The notes under the pieces are model-generated. The model saw only the letters and a list, made by a program, of their open reading frames with translations. It made no database searches and was not told the DNA's origin. The position numbers and the translations under genes are program-made. DNA of 64,000 nucleotides from Octopus sinensis (Eukaryota): NCBI RefSeq assembly GCF_006345805.1, contig NC_043010.1, forward strand, positions 60,946,001 to 61,010,000. The letters are read 5' to 3'. This document shows positions 24,665 to 37,140 of this stretch, piece by piece (position 1 is the first letter of the stretch; each line of letters begins with the position of its first letter).

Positions 24665-25005
24665 AAGGTGGTGAACTGGCAGAACTGTTAGCACACGAGG
24701 CAAAATGCTTAGCAGCAGTTTGTCTGTCTTTACGTTCTGAGTTCAATTCCCACCAAGGTTGATTTGCCCTTCATCTTTTCAAAGTCGATAAAATAAGGTC
24801 CAGTCGAGCACTGGGGTCGATGTAATCAACTTACCCATTCCCCCGAACCTGCAGACTTTGTCCCCTAGGAAGGGCATCCAGCCATAGAAACACTGCCAGA
24901 TCAGACTGGGCCTGATGCAGCCTTCTGGCTTCCCAGACCCCAGTTGAACCGTCCAACCCATGCTAGCATGGAAAGTGGACGCTAAATGATGATGATGATG
25001 ATGAT
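24665..25005 (+). mobile_element. SINE family B followed by RTE 3' tail
   Basis: Family B head at 24665, then aggaagggcatccagcc..ccatgctagcatggaaa..(GAT)n from 24866. Confidence 0.75.
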
Positions 25006-25149
25006 AATGATTAAAACCTTTCTTTTCTCTCAGATCAAGTGTGAGACACAACATGTCTGATTCCTTTTCTTTCCTGCAAAATACAAACTCTGGTTCTTTA
25101 CATGTCATAATATGCAGACATGTGCGTGTGCATTTTACTTACAACACAT

Positions 25150-25445
25150 GAAGGCGCATTGCCTAGTGGTTAGAGTGTTGCATTCACAATCACAAGACCA
25201 TGGTTTCAATTCCCAGACTGGGCGGCATATTGTGTTGTTGAGCAAAACACTTCTTTTCAAGTTGCTCCAGTCTACTCAGCTGTCAAAGGGTCACCCTGCA
25301 ATGGAGTAGCCTTCTGATCAGAGGGAATGTTGGCTTGCCTGCCCAGCAACCATGGGAACATCATTCAAAAGCTACAACAATGCAAGGAAGTACATTGTGA
25401 CCAGTGATGCATAACAACATCCAAAAAGTCTGGCCGATGGAGTGA
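25150..25445 (+). mobile_element. SINE family C
   Basis: tRNA head gcctagtggttagag..ggtttcaattccc plus CORE-like ttgagcaaaacac..gttgctccag. Confidence 0.7.
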
Positions 25446-26892
25446 TTGATATCCAACATGGCAATGAAACAAAAAAGTGTTAACACAGCAGCGATTTATT
25501 AATCACCCTAGATGCCAAGAATGTGTCACATATGCAAATTAGTCAAATGAATTTATAGGACCATGATGACGGGGGGGGGGAGACTAAATTAGACATTTTG
25601 CCATTTGTCACTGATAAACAGAAGATTCTTTGCTTTCCCTACCAAAATGAACCATTCCCAGTTCTGTGTTTCTTATTTTTTTTTAATCAGCTAAAGACTC
25701 ATTATTGATGAAATCCCAACTGGGGACTGAAACCAGTCCAGCTGACCCCCCCCTCTTTTTTATGTCCAAAAACATATTTTAGATAAATACAGGTTGTTTA
25801 TATTTGTCAATTATAGTTTTGGTCAGAGATTTAGATAGATTCTTTGGTGTGTGGACTTCACTGAAACAAAACATTGACTCACCTGAAATATCTGTGTGTG
25901 CGTGTGTGTAAAAATTGAAAAATATGTGCACTAATTTTGACGAAGCTCTGTGTGTGTGTGTGTATCTAATGTGCAAGCGACCTATATATGTGTGTGTATA
26001 TGTATACATGTTCATAAATGACTGTTTGTGAAGATATATACACAACTACGAGAGTGACCGGAGAAAGAGGGTTTGCAGGGACAGAAATCACAGCAAATTG
26101 TTTGTTTCATAGATTAAAAGTACAAATTCATTACAAGACCATTTCATTAAAAGCTACACCATTGCACCCCCCCCCCCTTCTCACAATGGAGACTTCACAA
26201 CGAAAATTTACATTCATTGTGAAGAACAATTCCCTTTTTTAAACGAGAACAGAGCCAAAAAAAATAACCATTTCCGTATGAAATAGCAAACAGATGCACC
26301 ACACTTGATAAAAAGATAGATCTGTGTATATAAATGCATGCGTGCGTATATATATAGATATATAGAGATAGATATATACACACACACACATATATGTCTA
26401 TGGAAGTGATGAAGCGTATGTGAGGAAATGCCCATGTCAACGTATATATACGAAGCTAATTTATACGGTTTGATATCAACTACACCCATTATATAAATAA
26501 ATATATATATATAGATATATGTAGATATAGATATAAGTATATTGAACGATGAGGTTCGGGGGTAGGGGGAAAAGAGACTGTGAGATCGATATGTTATGCT
26601 TATGTCTGCTATTGTAAGAGAACTGGATCATATCTTCACATACATACATAGATATTACATATATATAGATAGAGATAGATATGTATGTATCTATATATAT
26701 ACCTACATGGTTTATTGTATTATTTATTAAAGCCGAAGCAGGAGAAAACAAGGGAGAGAGAGAGAGAGAGAGACAGACAGAGACAGGGAGAGAGAGAGAG
26801 AGATGTGGTACAGCAGTAATCGTTGTCTCTTTGCCGCGAAGGAGAGACCGAGACATACTCAAATGGAAAATAGAACAAGAAACGAAATATCA

Positions 26893-27100
26893 ACTCACCT
26901 GAACCTTATCGGGTTTTGTTTTTTATTTTGCAGACCAGCTGTCGGGGGCTTTTATTAGTATCTTTGGAGAGATTTTCATTGATAATGTGTTATTATTTTT
27001 TTTTTTCAGACTGTGTTATTGTTATTGTGTAAGATATTAGGGGGACATTTTTCCCTCGTTGATTTATGCGGGAAAACACAAGCCCCGCCCTTCAACGAAT
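26893..27100 (-). promoter_or_regulatory. Putative promoter and non-coding first exon of the 17-finger gene
   Basis: Consensus donor cag|gtgagt on the minus strand at 26900/26899. GC box ccccgccc (27083-27090) and E2F-like gcgggaaa (27068-27075). Locally CpG-richer unique sequence. Confidence 0.45.
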
Positions 27101-27669
27101 TATGCATTACACACACAATCACTTAATTATTATTATTATTTTTTAAAATTTATTTAGTTTTTCGGCGTTTTTTTTTTCTCTCTCGCTATACGTATATATA
27201 TATCGATATAGAATTATAGACTTCTGAGAAAAGATTACTAATAATAATAATAATGTAACCAATATATAAATACAATATAAAATATATAATAAAATAAATA
27301 AAAAATTGCCCCAAGCTGCCAGCTGTGGACACACAGACAGAATATATTAGAGAGAGAGAGAGAGAAAGTGAGAGGCGGTGATTTACCTAATTGTAACGTC
27401 TCTACAATTATTTCCTCAGAGATTTTGGCTTCCTTTTGTATTTATACTATTTAATGCTACTAAGAAACAAAAACAAAAAAGAAAGAAAGAAAAAGAACGA
27501 TGCCAAAAAAACAAAACAACAAAAAAAAGGCGGCTATTTTCATACGATTCCTCTTAATAAATCTTCTGAATATCGAATTCTCTCCAGGTTTTACAATGAA
27601 ATCTCAATTCGTTTCCCTTTAATTTCAATTATATTTATTTAAATATTCTTCTATAGAAATACATTAAAA

Positions 27670-28100
27670 TCTTATTCATCATTATTATTATTATCATTAT
27701 TATTACTATCATTATCATCATCATCATTATTATTATCATTATCATTATTATTATTATCATCATCATTATTATTATTATCATCATCATTATTATTATTATC
27801 ATCATCATTATTATTATTATCATCATCATTATTATTATCATCATCATCATTATTATCATTATTATTATTATTATTATCATTATCATCATCATTATTATTA
27901 TTATCATCATTATCATCATCATTATTATTATCATCATCATCATCATTATCATCATCATTATTATCATTATCATCATCATCATTATTATTACCATTATCAT
28001 CATCATCATCATAATCATCATTATTATCATTATCATCATCATTATCATTATCATCATCATTATTATTATCATCATTATTATCATTATTATTATTATTATT
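27670..28100. repeat. (ATC/ATT)n trinucleotide tract, ~430 bp
   Basis: Directly visible. It explains the poly-M/I ORF 27635-28084. Confidence 0.95.
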
Positions 28101-28392
28101 TCAGTTTTTAAGAATAGCCAATTACATTAAAAACAGTCATTGTTTGATTCATTTTATGTCTTGAACGTAAATTTGTCTTTTCCTCCTGCCTAATTAGTTT
28201 TAATTAGCTTTTCAATACTCTGCTCCTTGTATTTAATATATTAATACTAATTTCGATATTGCTTTTCATGTTAATGGCAATTCTAGATAATTTTCTCTAT
28301 GATTATGTTAAGTTTTCCAGCCAAATCGTGTACAATATTGTAAATATATAAAATTTTTTCAAAATCATTTCAACAAATATGGTGGACCTTAT

Positions 28393-28435
28393 GCTTCACT
28401 GAAGAGGTAAATTAAGACCGAAACATGTCTGCAGT
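28393..28435 (+). ncRNA. Minimal type I hammerhead ribozyme motif
   Basis: gcttca-CTGAAGA-GGT-aaattaag-ACC-GAAA-C-AT-GTC-tgcagt: complete core, 3-bp stem II, palindromic ACATGT stem III, GUC cleavage triplet, stem I 5/6 paired. Confidence 0.7.
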
Positions 28436-28469
28436 TGTTTCCCATACTTGTCAAAATTATTAGAATAAT

Positions 28470-29442
28470 ATTACCTCTCCCTCAGAGTGAAAGGCAGATT
28501 GTATGATACCTGTGTACCCACAGCTATGTTACGAAACAGTGAAACATGGGCTTTGACTACAAAAGACTTGTGAAGGCTTGAAAGAAATGAAGCTACCATT
28601 CTCTGCTGTAAGGGTAATGTCAGTGTGCATGCATGGGAACAGTGTAAATGATTTAAGAGGAAAACTGGGTATAAGGGGTATCTGAATAGTGTGTGTAAGA
28701 GAGAAGACTGCACTGGTTTGGCCATGTGATGCGTTTGGATGAGGACAGCTGCATAAAGAAGTTCTTTCTCGCCCTTTTAAAGCCTAGCCAGGCTCATGGG
28801 CCCGGTTTCCCGGTTTCAATGGCGTATTTGTGTTCCCCAGCTGGACAGGACGCCAGTCCATCGCAGCGTTACTCATTTTTGCTTGCTGAGTGAACTGGAG
28901 CAACGTGAAATGAAGTGTTTTGCTCAAGAACACAACACGTTGCCCAGTCCAGGAATCAAAACCACAATCTTACGATCATGATGCTGACACCCTAACCACT
29001 AAGCCACGCGCCTCCATGTGTAAAGAAGTGGAGGGAACCTGTGGAAGGGGTAGATCCAGGAAGATATGGGATGAAGTGATGAGAAAGGATTTTCGAATGC
29101 TGGGAGATGTGGTGATTTGCTGTACCTGGATAAGACATGTCAAGCTCAGTAAAATCGCTGTCTTTCCCACATACAGGCTGGTCCTTTCAGGTGTCGGTGC
29201 CTCATACAAAAGTGCCCATGCTGGTGTGGCATTGACGCACCTGTGCCGGGACTACATAAGCACCTAGAACACTCTCTTAAGTGGTTGGCATTAGGAAGGG
29301 CATCCAGCTGTAGAAACAAAGCTACAACAGACAGTTGGAGTCTGGACAGCTGACCCCTGCTGACCAGCTCCATGTCACACCTTCCAACCCATGCCAGCAT
29401 GGAAAGCAGATGCTGAACAATCATGATGATCATGATGATGAT
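28470..29442 (+). mobile_element. RTE LINE 3' portion interrupted by a family C SINE (28765-29015, minus)
   Basis: LPLRVKGRLYDTCV..SETWAL..RLHWFGHVMR..VEGTCGRGRSRKIW plus 3' UTR. The SINE is flanked by TSD taaagaagt. Confidence 0.85.
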
Positions 29443-30029
29443 GAGCTAATATTGTATTTTTTTCGTTGCATAAAAGTTTTTAATTAGAATCTGGATGCTC
29501 ATTACATTAATTATGTTAGCAGTAAATTAAATGTTTAAGTAAAGGACGGTGAGCCAATACTAGATCGTCTGTTGTTGCTTGACCTGTGAAGAATAGCAGC
29601 TAATTTTCCCCTTGAATTAAACTATATGATCTTTAAAGAGAGGTACACATTGGATGAAGTACTCCTAGATATAATGATTACAGATGAAATTACTGGATGG
29701 ACATGGTTGGAACACAATTGATCATGAATCTGCTCAGTCAAGGTTAAACAACGACGACAACAAGAATAGGTGGAAGAGCAAATAGCCCGCAAACAGGCTG
29801 ACTTGTCTATGATAAATAAAGTCAAAGTTTGTTATGATGCCTCAATATGCCCCAAAAAATCTGTTTTAATGTTCAAGCTGGCCTACTTTGGCCTCTCACA
29901 CCTACCCTACAATGCCATTCTAAAAATAAACAATGAAATTGTTGAAATCTTGAAGTTACAAGGTTAATGCAAAACAATGTGATTAAATAAGCATTACATT
30001 TAACAGAAATCTGAATGTTAAAGAGTAAT

Positions 30030-30412
30030 CATGGCTTTCCATCGGTTATGATGACAAGGGTTCCAGTTGATCCGATCAACGGAACAGCCTGCTCGTGAAA
30101 TTAATGTGCAAGTGGCCTGAGCACTCCACAGACATGTGTACCCTTAACGTAGTTCTCAGGGAGATTCAGCGTGACACAGAGTGTGACAAGGCTGGCCCTT
30201 TGAAATACAGGTACAACAGAAACAGGAAGAAAGAGTGAGAGAAAGTTGTGCTGAAAGTGTACAGCAGGGATCGCCACTACCCCCTGCCGGAGCCTCGTGG
30301 AGCTTTAGGTGTTTTCTCTCAATAAACACTCACAATGCCCGGTCTGGAAATCAAAACTGCAATCCTACGACCGCAAGTCTGCTGCCCTAACCACTGGGCC
30401 ATTGTGCCTCCA
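30030..30412 (-). mobile_element. SINE family C variant
   Basis: Head ggaggcacaatggcccagtggttagggcag. Tail shared with 38075-38365 and 62755-63055. Confidence 0.75.
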
Positions 30413-30640
30413 CTAAAGGGTAATATAGGAAAGATGGACAAACAATCATAAATATCCGATAAAGTCACTTGCAGAGTTTATTCAGTGCTCTTTAGGTTCC
30501 AATCTCATCAAAGTTAATTTGCCTTTCATCCTTCCAGAGTCCATAAAATAAAGCACAACAAAGAACCAAAATTTATTTATACTGGGGTCCTTCTTACCAA
30601 CAGACATATAAAGCTCCCAACATTGCCTCGACCTTTATTC

Positions 30641-31004
30641 TCTAGAAAAACGCCGCCGCCGTGGAGATCTCATTCTTGCTCACAACATCATAAGCGGAAA
30701 GTGTAACCTCTCGAAAGAGCTGTTCTTCACTCCTGCTCCAGAGCGTCAGCTGCGGGGTCACTCCGAAAAGCTCTATCTGCGACGATTTCATCTCAATCAA
30801 AGGAGAGGGCTTTCTCCGTCCAGGTTGCGGATCCATGGAATAAGCTGCCGGATGAGATAGTGAAGATGCCGACAACCGCTCGGTTCAAAGTCTCCTTTGA
30901 CCACAAGTTGCCTGAATTCTTTACATGAACATCACCCTGTACGTAACTCCATGTCCCCCTAAATGGCCTTGCTTTTTGCTTTTTGAGCCAAAAAATTAAC
31001 TAAC
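30641..31004 (+). mobile_element. CR1-group LINE 3' end
   Basis: Matches the reverse complement of 1-175, continues WNKLPDEIV..RFKVS and ends in a (TAAC) tail. Confidence 0.8.
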
Positions 31005-31417
31005 ATCACTGTCTCTCTTCCATTACTGCCTCCTCCATTTGCCTGTCACTCTAATCAGTTTGTTTCTTCCTATCATACTCTCATCTACTTCACTGTTTTC
31101 CATCTCCTGTCATCGTTCTCTTTTCTTCATCCTCTCAGTCATGTTGCTCTGAACAGTTTTGTGAGAAACAAGGCAACCCCACTAGAGCTGGTAGCACAAC
31201 AAAATGTGCCCAGCATCCTCTGTAAAATGATTGGCCAGCAAGAGGAGAGTGAAGACAATGTAGGGTTGAGAAAACCCTTAGTTTCGTTAAGGACAACATC
31301 CTCAGTGCTAGAAAGGGTATCAAGTCATAGAAACCAAGGTTAAATGGGAGATATGTCAAGACGTAGCCCTCCTAACCATCTGGAAGGGCAGCAACTCAGG
31401 ATAAGGACTGACTTGGA

Positions 31418-31890
31418 CAAGAAGAAGGAGAAGAAGAAGAAGAAGAAGAAGAAGGAGAAGGAGAAGAAGAAGAAGGAAAAGAAGAAGTGGAAGAAGAAGA
31501 GAAAGAAGAAGAAGAATTGGAAGAAGAAGAAGAAGAAGAAGGAAAAGAAGAAGAGGAAGAAAGAAGAAGAAGAGGAAGAAGAAGGAGAAGAAGAAAAGGA
31601 AGAAGAAGAAGAAGAAGGAAAAGGAGAAGAGAAGAAGAAGAAGAAAAGGAAGAAGAAGAAGAAGAAGAGGAAGAAAAAGAAGAGGAAGAAGAAGAAGAAG
31701 AAAAAGAAGAGGAAGAAGAAGAAGAAAAGGAAGAAGAAGAAGAAAGGAAAAGAAGAAGAGGAAGAAGAAAAGGAAGAAGTATGGTGGTGGTGGTGACGGT
31801 GTGGTGGTAGTGGTGATGATGGTGATGGTGGTGGTGGTGGTAGTGGTGATGGTGGGTTGTGTGGTAGTGGTAGTGGTGATGGTGGTCTAT
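31418..31890. repeat. (GAA)n purine tract followed by (GGT)n
   Basis: ~360 bp of almost pure purine, then GGT repeats. It explains the poly-K/E/F ORFs. Confidence 0.95.
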
Positions 31891-32557
31891 TATTAATGGT
31901 AATAATTTTAATCCAAGAATAAAACTTTTGGCATTTAAGATTAAACATTTGTCTCAGTTTTGACTTTGATCAGAAATTATAATTTCAGTTGGTGTTGTTT
32001 AGTCCTAGGTTACCTCCAGCCAAGACATTCCATCCATGCCTATCTTGCTATTCATTTTTTTTTCTTTCAAACAGCTAAATTAGAATACCTGCTTTTTTAA
32101 AGATGACAGGTTTTGATTTGAGATAAGTTTGGTTGCTATTTTTAGCAAGTCAAGTGACTGTGCAACCAAGCACACGTTCTCTCATTGTTGACAATCAGAT
32201 ATTTATCGATGTTTCCATTCACACTTGTGTCAAACGATGATTTACCATGAAACTTAAACATCCCTTTGTATCAATGTAATCTTAGTCTTTTATTATAATT
32301 TAGAAACACTCCAACCATGGCCATCACATCTTATTTTGAAATATACATCTAAAACTATATTATACAGTCTTTCCTCTTATAAGATGGTAGGATGAGAATT
32401 TAGGAAGATTTGGCTGCTATTTCTAGTAGGCCTAGTAATCACATAGAGCTTCCCTTTTCAGTTTGCAAGATCTTTGTGTTAGTATGATATAAAGTCTGCC
32501 TCAAACCCATAAAGGTTTTGTCACTACTGGGTTTCCATAGTTTCGGTTTCATTTGTT

Positions 32558-32968
32558 TACTCTTTTACTCTTTTACTTGTATCAGTCATTTGACTGCGGC
32601 CATGCTGGAGCACCGCCTTTAGTCGAGCAAATCGACCCCAGGACTTATTCTTTGTAAGCCCAGTATTTATTCTATCGGTCTCTTTTGCCAAACCGCTAAG
32701 TGACAGGGACGTAAACACACCAGCATCGGTTGTCAAGCAATGCTAGGGGGACAAACACAGACACACAAACATATACACACACACTTATATATATATACAT
32801 ATATATGACAGGCTTCTTTCAGTTTCCGTCTACCAAATCCACTCAGAAGGCATTGGTCGGCCCGAGGCTATAGTAGAAGACTCTTGCCCAAGGTGCCACG
32901 CAATGGGACTGAACCCGGAACCATGTGGTTGGTTAGAAGCTACTTACCACACAGCCACTCCTGCGCCT
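32558..32968 (-). mobile_element. SINE family A
   Basis: Full-length, low-divergence copy. Confidence 0.9.
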
Positions 32969-33032
32969 ATTTGCTTGTTTACTTTAGCTATTAATTAAGA
33001 GAGGAATCAGTACCCTTGCCCCTTGACCCTTG

Positions 33033-33432
33033 ACCCTTTAGCATCCAGATGACTGTCAAATGGGATGCTTACTTATTCACATTGTTTGGGATTTACCATG
33101 CATTATCTTTTCTGATGATGTGACTGTTTATTTTAAGAATGACTTTGTAGGATAAGTGTGAGAGGCTGGATCTGGCCAGTTTGAACATAAAACAAGGAAT
33201 ATCTGGGCCTGACATGGCTGGTTCCCAATTTTCAATGGAGAAGGTCAAGAGGCCAACCAAAGACAAGGTGATGAGATGATCCAACCTACGACCTAGAGAG
33301 AGCTTAATAGATGGCCACAACTGGCCAGAGAGAGAGACAGCGGCAGAAGGAGTTCAGGGACGGGTTCCTCCTTCAGTAGCAATGAAGCCCTGGATATTAT
33401 TATAAAGCTGGTTTAAATGCTGAAGGGCTAAG
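33033..33432. mobile_element. TTAA/CCCTTT-ended MITE (piggyBac-like) with a nested RTE 3' fragment
   Basis: acctttagcat..gtttaaatgctgaaggg ends. Related copies at ~20790-20985, 29850-30030 and 44068-44430. The ~180-bp insert is flanked by a duplicated gctggtt. Confidence 0.55.
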
Positions 33433-33786
33433 GGGGTCCCTGAGATTTTTGGGAGGAAAGGAACGGGGGATGGATGAGGTATCCTCAAATCAGAAACCAG
33501 AACTGAATGTTTGCAGCAGAGAGGATTCTACTCCAGCCACTCAAAGTGTCAGGTGGTGGAGTTAAATCTACCACTCAGGTGAGACCAGAAAGGATTTGAA
33601 CTCAGAACACCAAGGGCTGGGACAAATCCCATAAAGCATCTGGTCTGGTGCTTTTTTACAGCCCTTGTTAATCTACTACTTTGGATTGATGCCTTATTTT
33701 TATTGACCCTGCAAAGATGAAAGGAAAAGTCGATCTTGGCAAGGTTTGAACTCAGAACATAAATTTTTTAACAAATATGGTAAGAC

Positions 33787-34470
33787 ATAGAAAATTACTA
33801 TTTTTAAATCTCACAATGAGAGATATTCAGCAACAGTACTTTGGAGTAAAGATTGTTTGCCAACATAACATGGCAGTCCTGGTTTAGGACGAATGTTGCT
33901 GTAATTTAGCCCCAGGAGACAGTCTCCAGTTGGCTATACAACCCGATCTGTGTCCTTATATTTTTGAACAAGGGAATCTAGTACCCCCACTCAGCTCAAA
34001 ACAAAATCTATGTATCACGATTTCCGGGTTATTTCCCTTCATCAGCACAGAATAATTGTTTGGCAAGAGGTGACGCTGCCAAATTCCTGTTCCAAATATA
34101 TAGTTTTCAAAGTGACAACTAGTCACTGATATATAAAATAGAAAATTAGTATTTGTAAATCTCTCAATGAGAGATATTCAGCAACAGTACTTTGGAGTGA
34201 AGAGTGTTTGCCATCATAACATGGCAGTCCTGGTTTAGGACAAATGTTGCTGTAATTTAACCCCAGGAGATATAGTCTCCAGCTGGCTATGTGACATGAT
34301 CTGTGTCCTTATATTTTCGAACAAGGGAATCTCGCACCCCCACTCAGCTCAAAACAATATCTATGTATCGCGATTTCCGGGTTATTTCCCTTCATCGGCA
34401 CAGAATAATTGTTTGGCAAGAGGTGACGCTGCCAAATTCCTGTTCGAAATGTATAGTTTTCAAAGTGACA
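33787..34470 (-). mobile_element. Tandem ~352-bp dimer with one hammerhead motif per unit (candidate non-LTR retrozyme or tandem Penelope pLTR)
   Basis: Two diverged direct repeats start at 33787 and 34138. Minus-strand HHRs at 34008-34050 and 34361-34403: ctgtg-CTGATGA-A-GGG-aaataa-CCC-G-GAAA-TCGYGA-TA-catag. Confidence 0.75.
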
Positions 34471-34757
34471 TTTCTGTCTGATTTTCTAATGATGCATTAC
34501 ATAAATATTTCTAATTAACTATTTGATGTTAATTGGATATTTAATGCTAGGTATTCAATGTTCACTACATTGAATTTATTAACTCTCACTTAACTATTGG
34601 TGTTTTATGCAGATGGCATCACTGAGTAGTTAACTTCAACGATTTGATTCTTTTTCTTCTTTAAATAACTAAATATGTGTAAGGGGTCCTGAAAAGTTGT
34701 TGCTGTTGTTTAGCTCCAAGTCAACCCTGATTAAGCAGATCCTTGTTTATGATAAAA

Positions 34758-35082
34758 CTAGCAGTATCACCCGACGTTGCTCGGGTTTATAAGGGAAATA
34801 ACTATATAAGCATTTTTAGAGAGTTACTTCCCTTATATAACCCGAGCAAAAATCATTAAAAATGCGGAAAAATGATGGTAAATTTTTTTTTGAATCGTAG
34901 ACTCATCGTAGACGTGCGCTAATACCCAGAAGGGCTCGATATGAATGACGACTATAAGATACCCGCTTTTGGTTAAACTGCACCGCAAAATGTGGGAGTA
35001 GTTAGGAATCTAAATCGGAGGAGACAGAGTCTCACACACACAACTTAAATGTTATATCATCATCATCATCATCATATAAAGA
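34758..35082 (-). mobile_element. Non-autonomous Helitron-like element
   Basis: Minus strand starts with TC(tttatat) and ends with hairpin cccgagcaacgtcggg plus ..ctgCTAG|t. Confidence 0.7.
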
Positions 35083-35431
35083 TATATCCAGAGCTACATT
35101 ATCTTGCATTTACACCTCCTTCACTTTTTACATTAGTTGAGAGTGATTTAAGGGAGATTTGACAGTTATTTCTAATAGATCAACCAACCAGATTTGACTC
35201 CACCTGAAGGACTTTTAAAGAGAGGTGCTTACCTTTGATCACATAGCACGAAGGGAGCAAAAGGTAAATGCTCCCTTCAGCAATCCCTCAGTGTAGCAGA
35301 GGTGGCATTGTTAGATGATCTGGTACCAATCTCCAACAGATGGGAATGTAGAATAAAGTGTTCTGTCTATAAACACAAAATATACCTACAATAATTATAA
35401 AGTGACCACTTGTAACACCAGTTGTCCAATA

Positions 35432-35637
35432 CAGTAATCCCTCAACTATCGCAGGTGTTACGTTCCAAAGCCTCCCACAAAAATAATTAAAACCTAAAGA
35501 AATATAAAAACCCATCGGCTGCAGAAACCCACGATACACTGAGGATTCCATGATATAAAATTACACATATTATCCAGAAAAATCTGCAAAGTACTGAGTG
35601 CTTGATAGGTGAACCATGATATGGCGAGAGATTACTG
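35432..35637. mobile_element. Tigger/pogo-like MITE
   Basis: TA + cagtaatccctcaactatcgc .. atatggcgagagattactg, imperfect TIRs. Confidence 0.6.
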
Positions 35638-37006
35638 CATCTTCTCTACACAGACCCTAAGCTTGATAGCCATTAAGTCCCATTGTCCTATAAATAGGAC
35701 ACTATATTAATGAGAACATTAATTAAGCTACATCACATTGTCTCCGAGTATTTCCATTTCTACTTGATGTAAAGGAGTTTTAATAATTAGTTTTTTCATT
35801 TTAACCTATTTTCAATCATCTGTAAAAATTTAGAATTAATATTCAGAAATTTAAGTACTCTGGGACTTAATGGGTTAATACCCATATTTAGGGTATCCAT
35901 TAGTAGAGGTGGATTGTATATCTACACACACACACACATACCTGCAAATATGGGCAGGATATTTTGAGGAAGACTGGCAGCTGTCCGTGTATACAGGTCG
36001 CCCCTCTCTGCCAAAGTGATGTTTATCAATGGGGAAGGTCACTGACTTGGACTGACACAGCTTGGCACCAGTGTTGTCGTAGACATTGTGGTTAGAAAAC
36101 AAACAGTTGGAATAGATATTGCAAGGCCTCTTCTCCAACCCTCCTCCTCCTCACCACCACCACCACAACCACCACCATCATCATCATCATTTAGCATCCG
36201 TTTTCCATGCAGGCATGGGTAGGACAGTTTGACAGGAGGTGGCAAGTGAGAGGGCCACACCAAGCCCCAGGTGTTTGCTTTGACATGGCTTCTACAGCTG
36301 GATGCCCTTCCTCACAACTTCACAGAATGCACTGGGAACTGTTTACCTGGTGCCACCACAGACGCCTTTTGTGTGACACCAACATCAACAAGGGTCACCA
36401 GGTAACTTGCAAGACAAAGACTTCTCAGTTGAGAGAGGAACTGTGACAAGTGGGCCATGTGCCAGATGAGAGGTTGGGGTATGAGAGAGGCACAGGGCTA
36501 GTCGTTTTACCAACCTGAAATTGGATGAAAGGAAAAAGTTGACTTCAGTAAGAATTGAACCTGGAGCACACAAAGCCACAACACTTTAATGACTTTAACA
36601 ATTCCCTATTAAAGGGTTTTAAGGGGAGGTGCTCAGCTCTTGGCTGTAAAAGAACAAACCATATCATGTGGCTGGTGTGACTGGATAAGAAGTTTTCAAG
36701 CACAAAAAAGTGGCTTCAGGTTCAATCCTGTTGCACAGCAGCTTTGTTAAGTGTCTTTTACATTATCCTAAGTCAACCAAAGCCTTGTGAGTGGAATTTG
36801 GTAGATAGAAACTATGATGAATCCTGTCAGAGAGAGAGAGAGACAATCCTGTTCTTGAGTGACAGACGTAATGTGCTGCCTGGATTAACCCCTGGCTCTT
36901 GGCTGTCTTTAAACAAGTCCAGTCATTCGCAATCTTTTAGGTCATGTCTAACATCTCCTTCTCAACATGGCTTCCTCCACCCTCTCCCTCCCACTAGTTT
37001 TGAAAC

Positions 37007-37140
37007 CAGGGATTTGGAGTTGAAACAAAAAAACTTTGACTCCGACTCCAGCTCTTCTACTATTGGCACCTCCGACTCCTCTTTGTAATTAAGTGATTGG
37101 GGTTTATTTTACCAACTCCGACTCCAACTCCACAGCTCTG
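37007..37140. mobile_element. hAT-type MITE with GACTCC subrepeats
   Basis: caggg..ggagt / actccacagctctg ends. 8-bp TSD tttgaaac/tttggaac. Confidence 0.65.

Noticed and set aside
27635-28084. 149-aa Met/Ile ORF
   Set aside because: Translation of the (ATC/ATT)n tract.
31340-31948. Poly-Lys, poly-Glu and poly-Phe ORFs
   Set aside because: Stop-free frames of the (GAA)n tract.
33787-34470. CRISPR array or plain satellite
   Set aside because: Eukaryotic context, no repeat-spacer structure, and only two long units.
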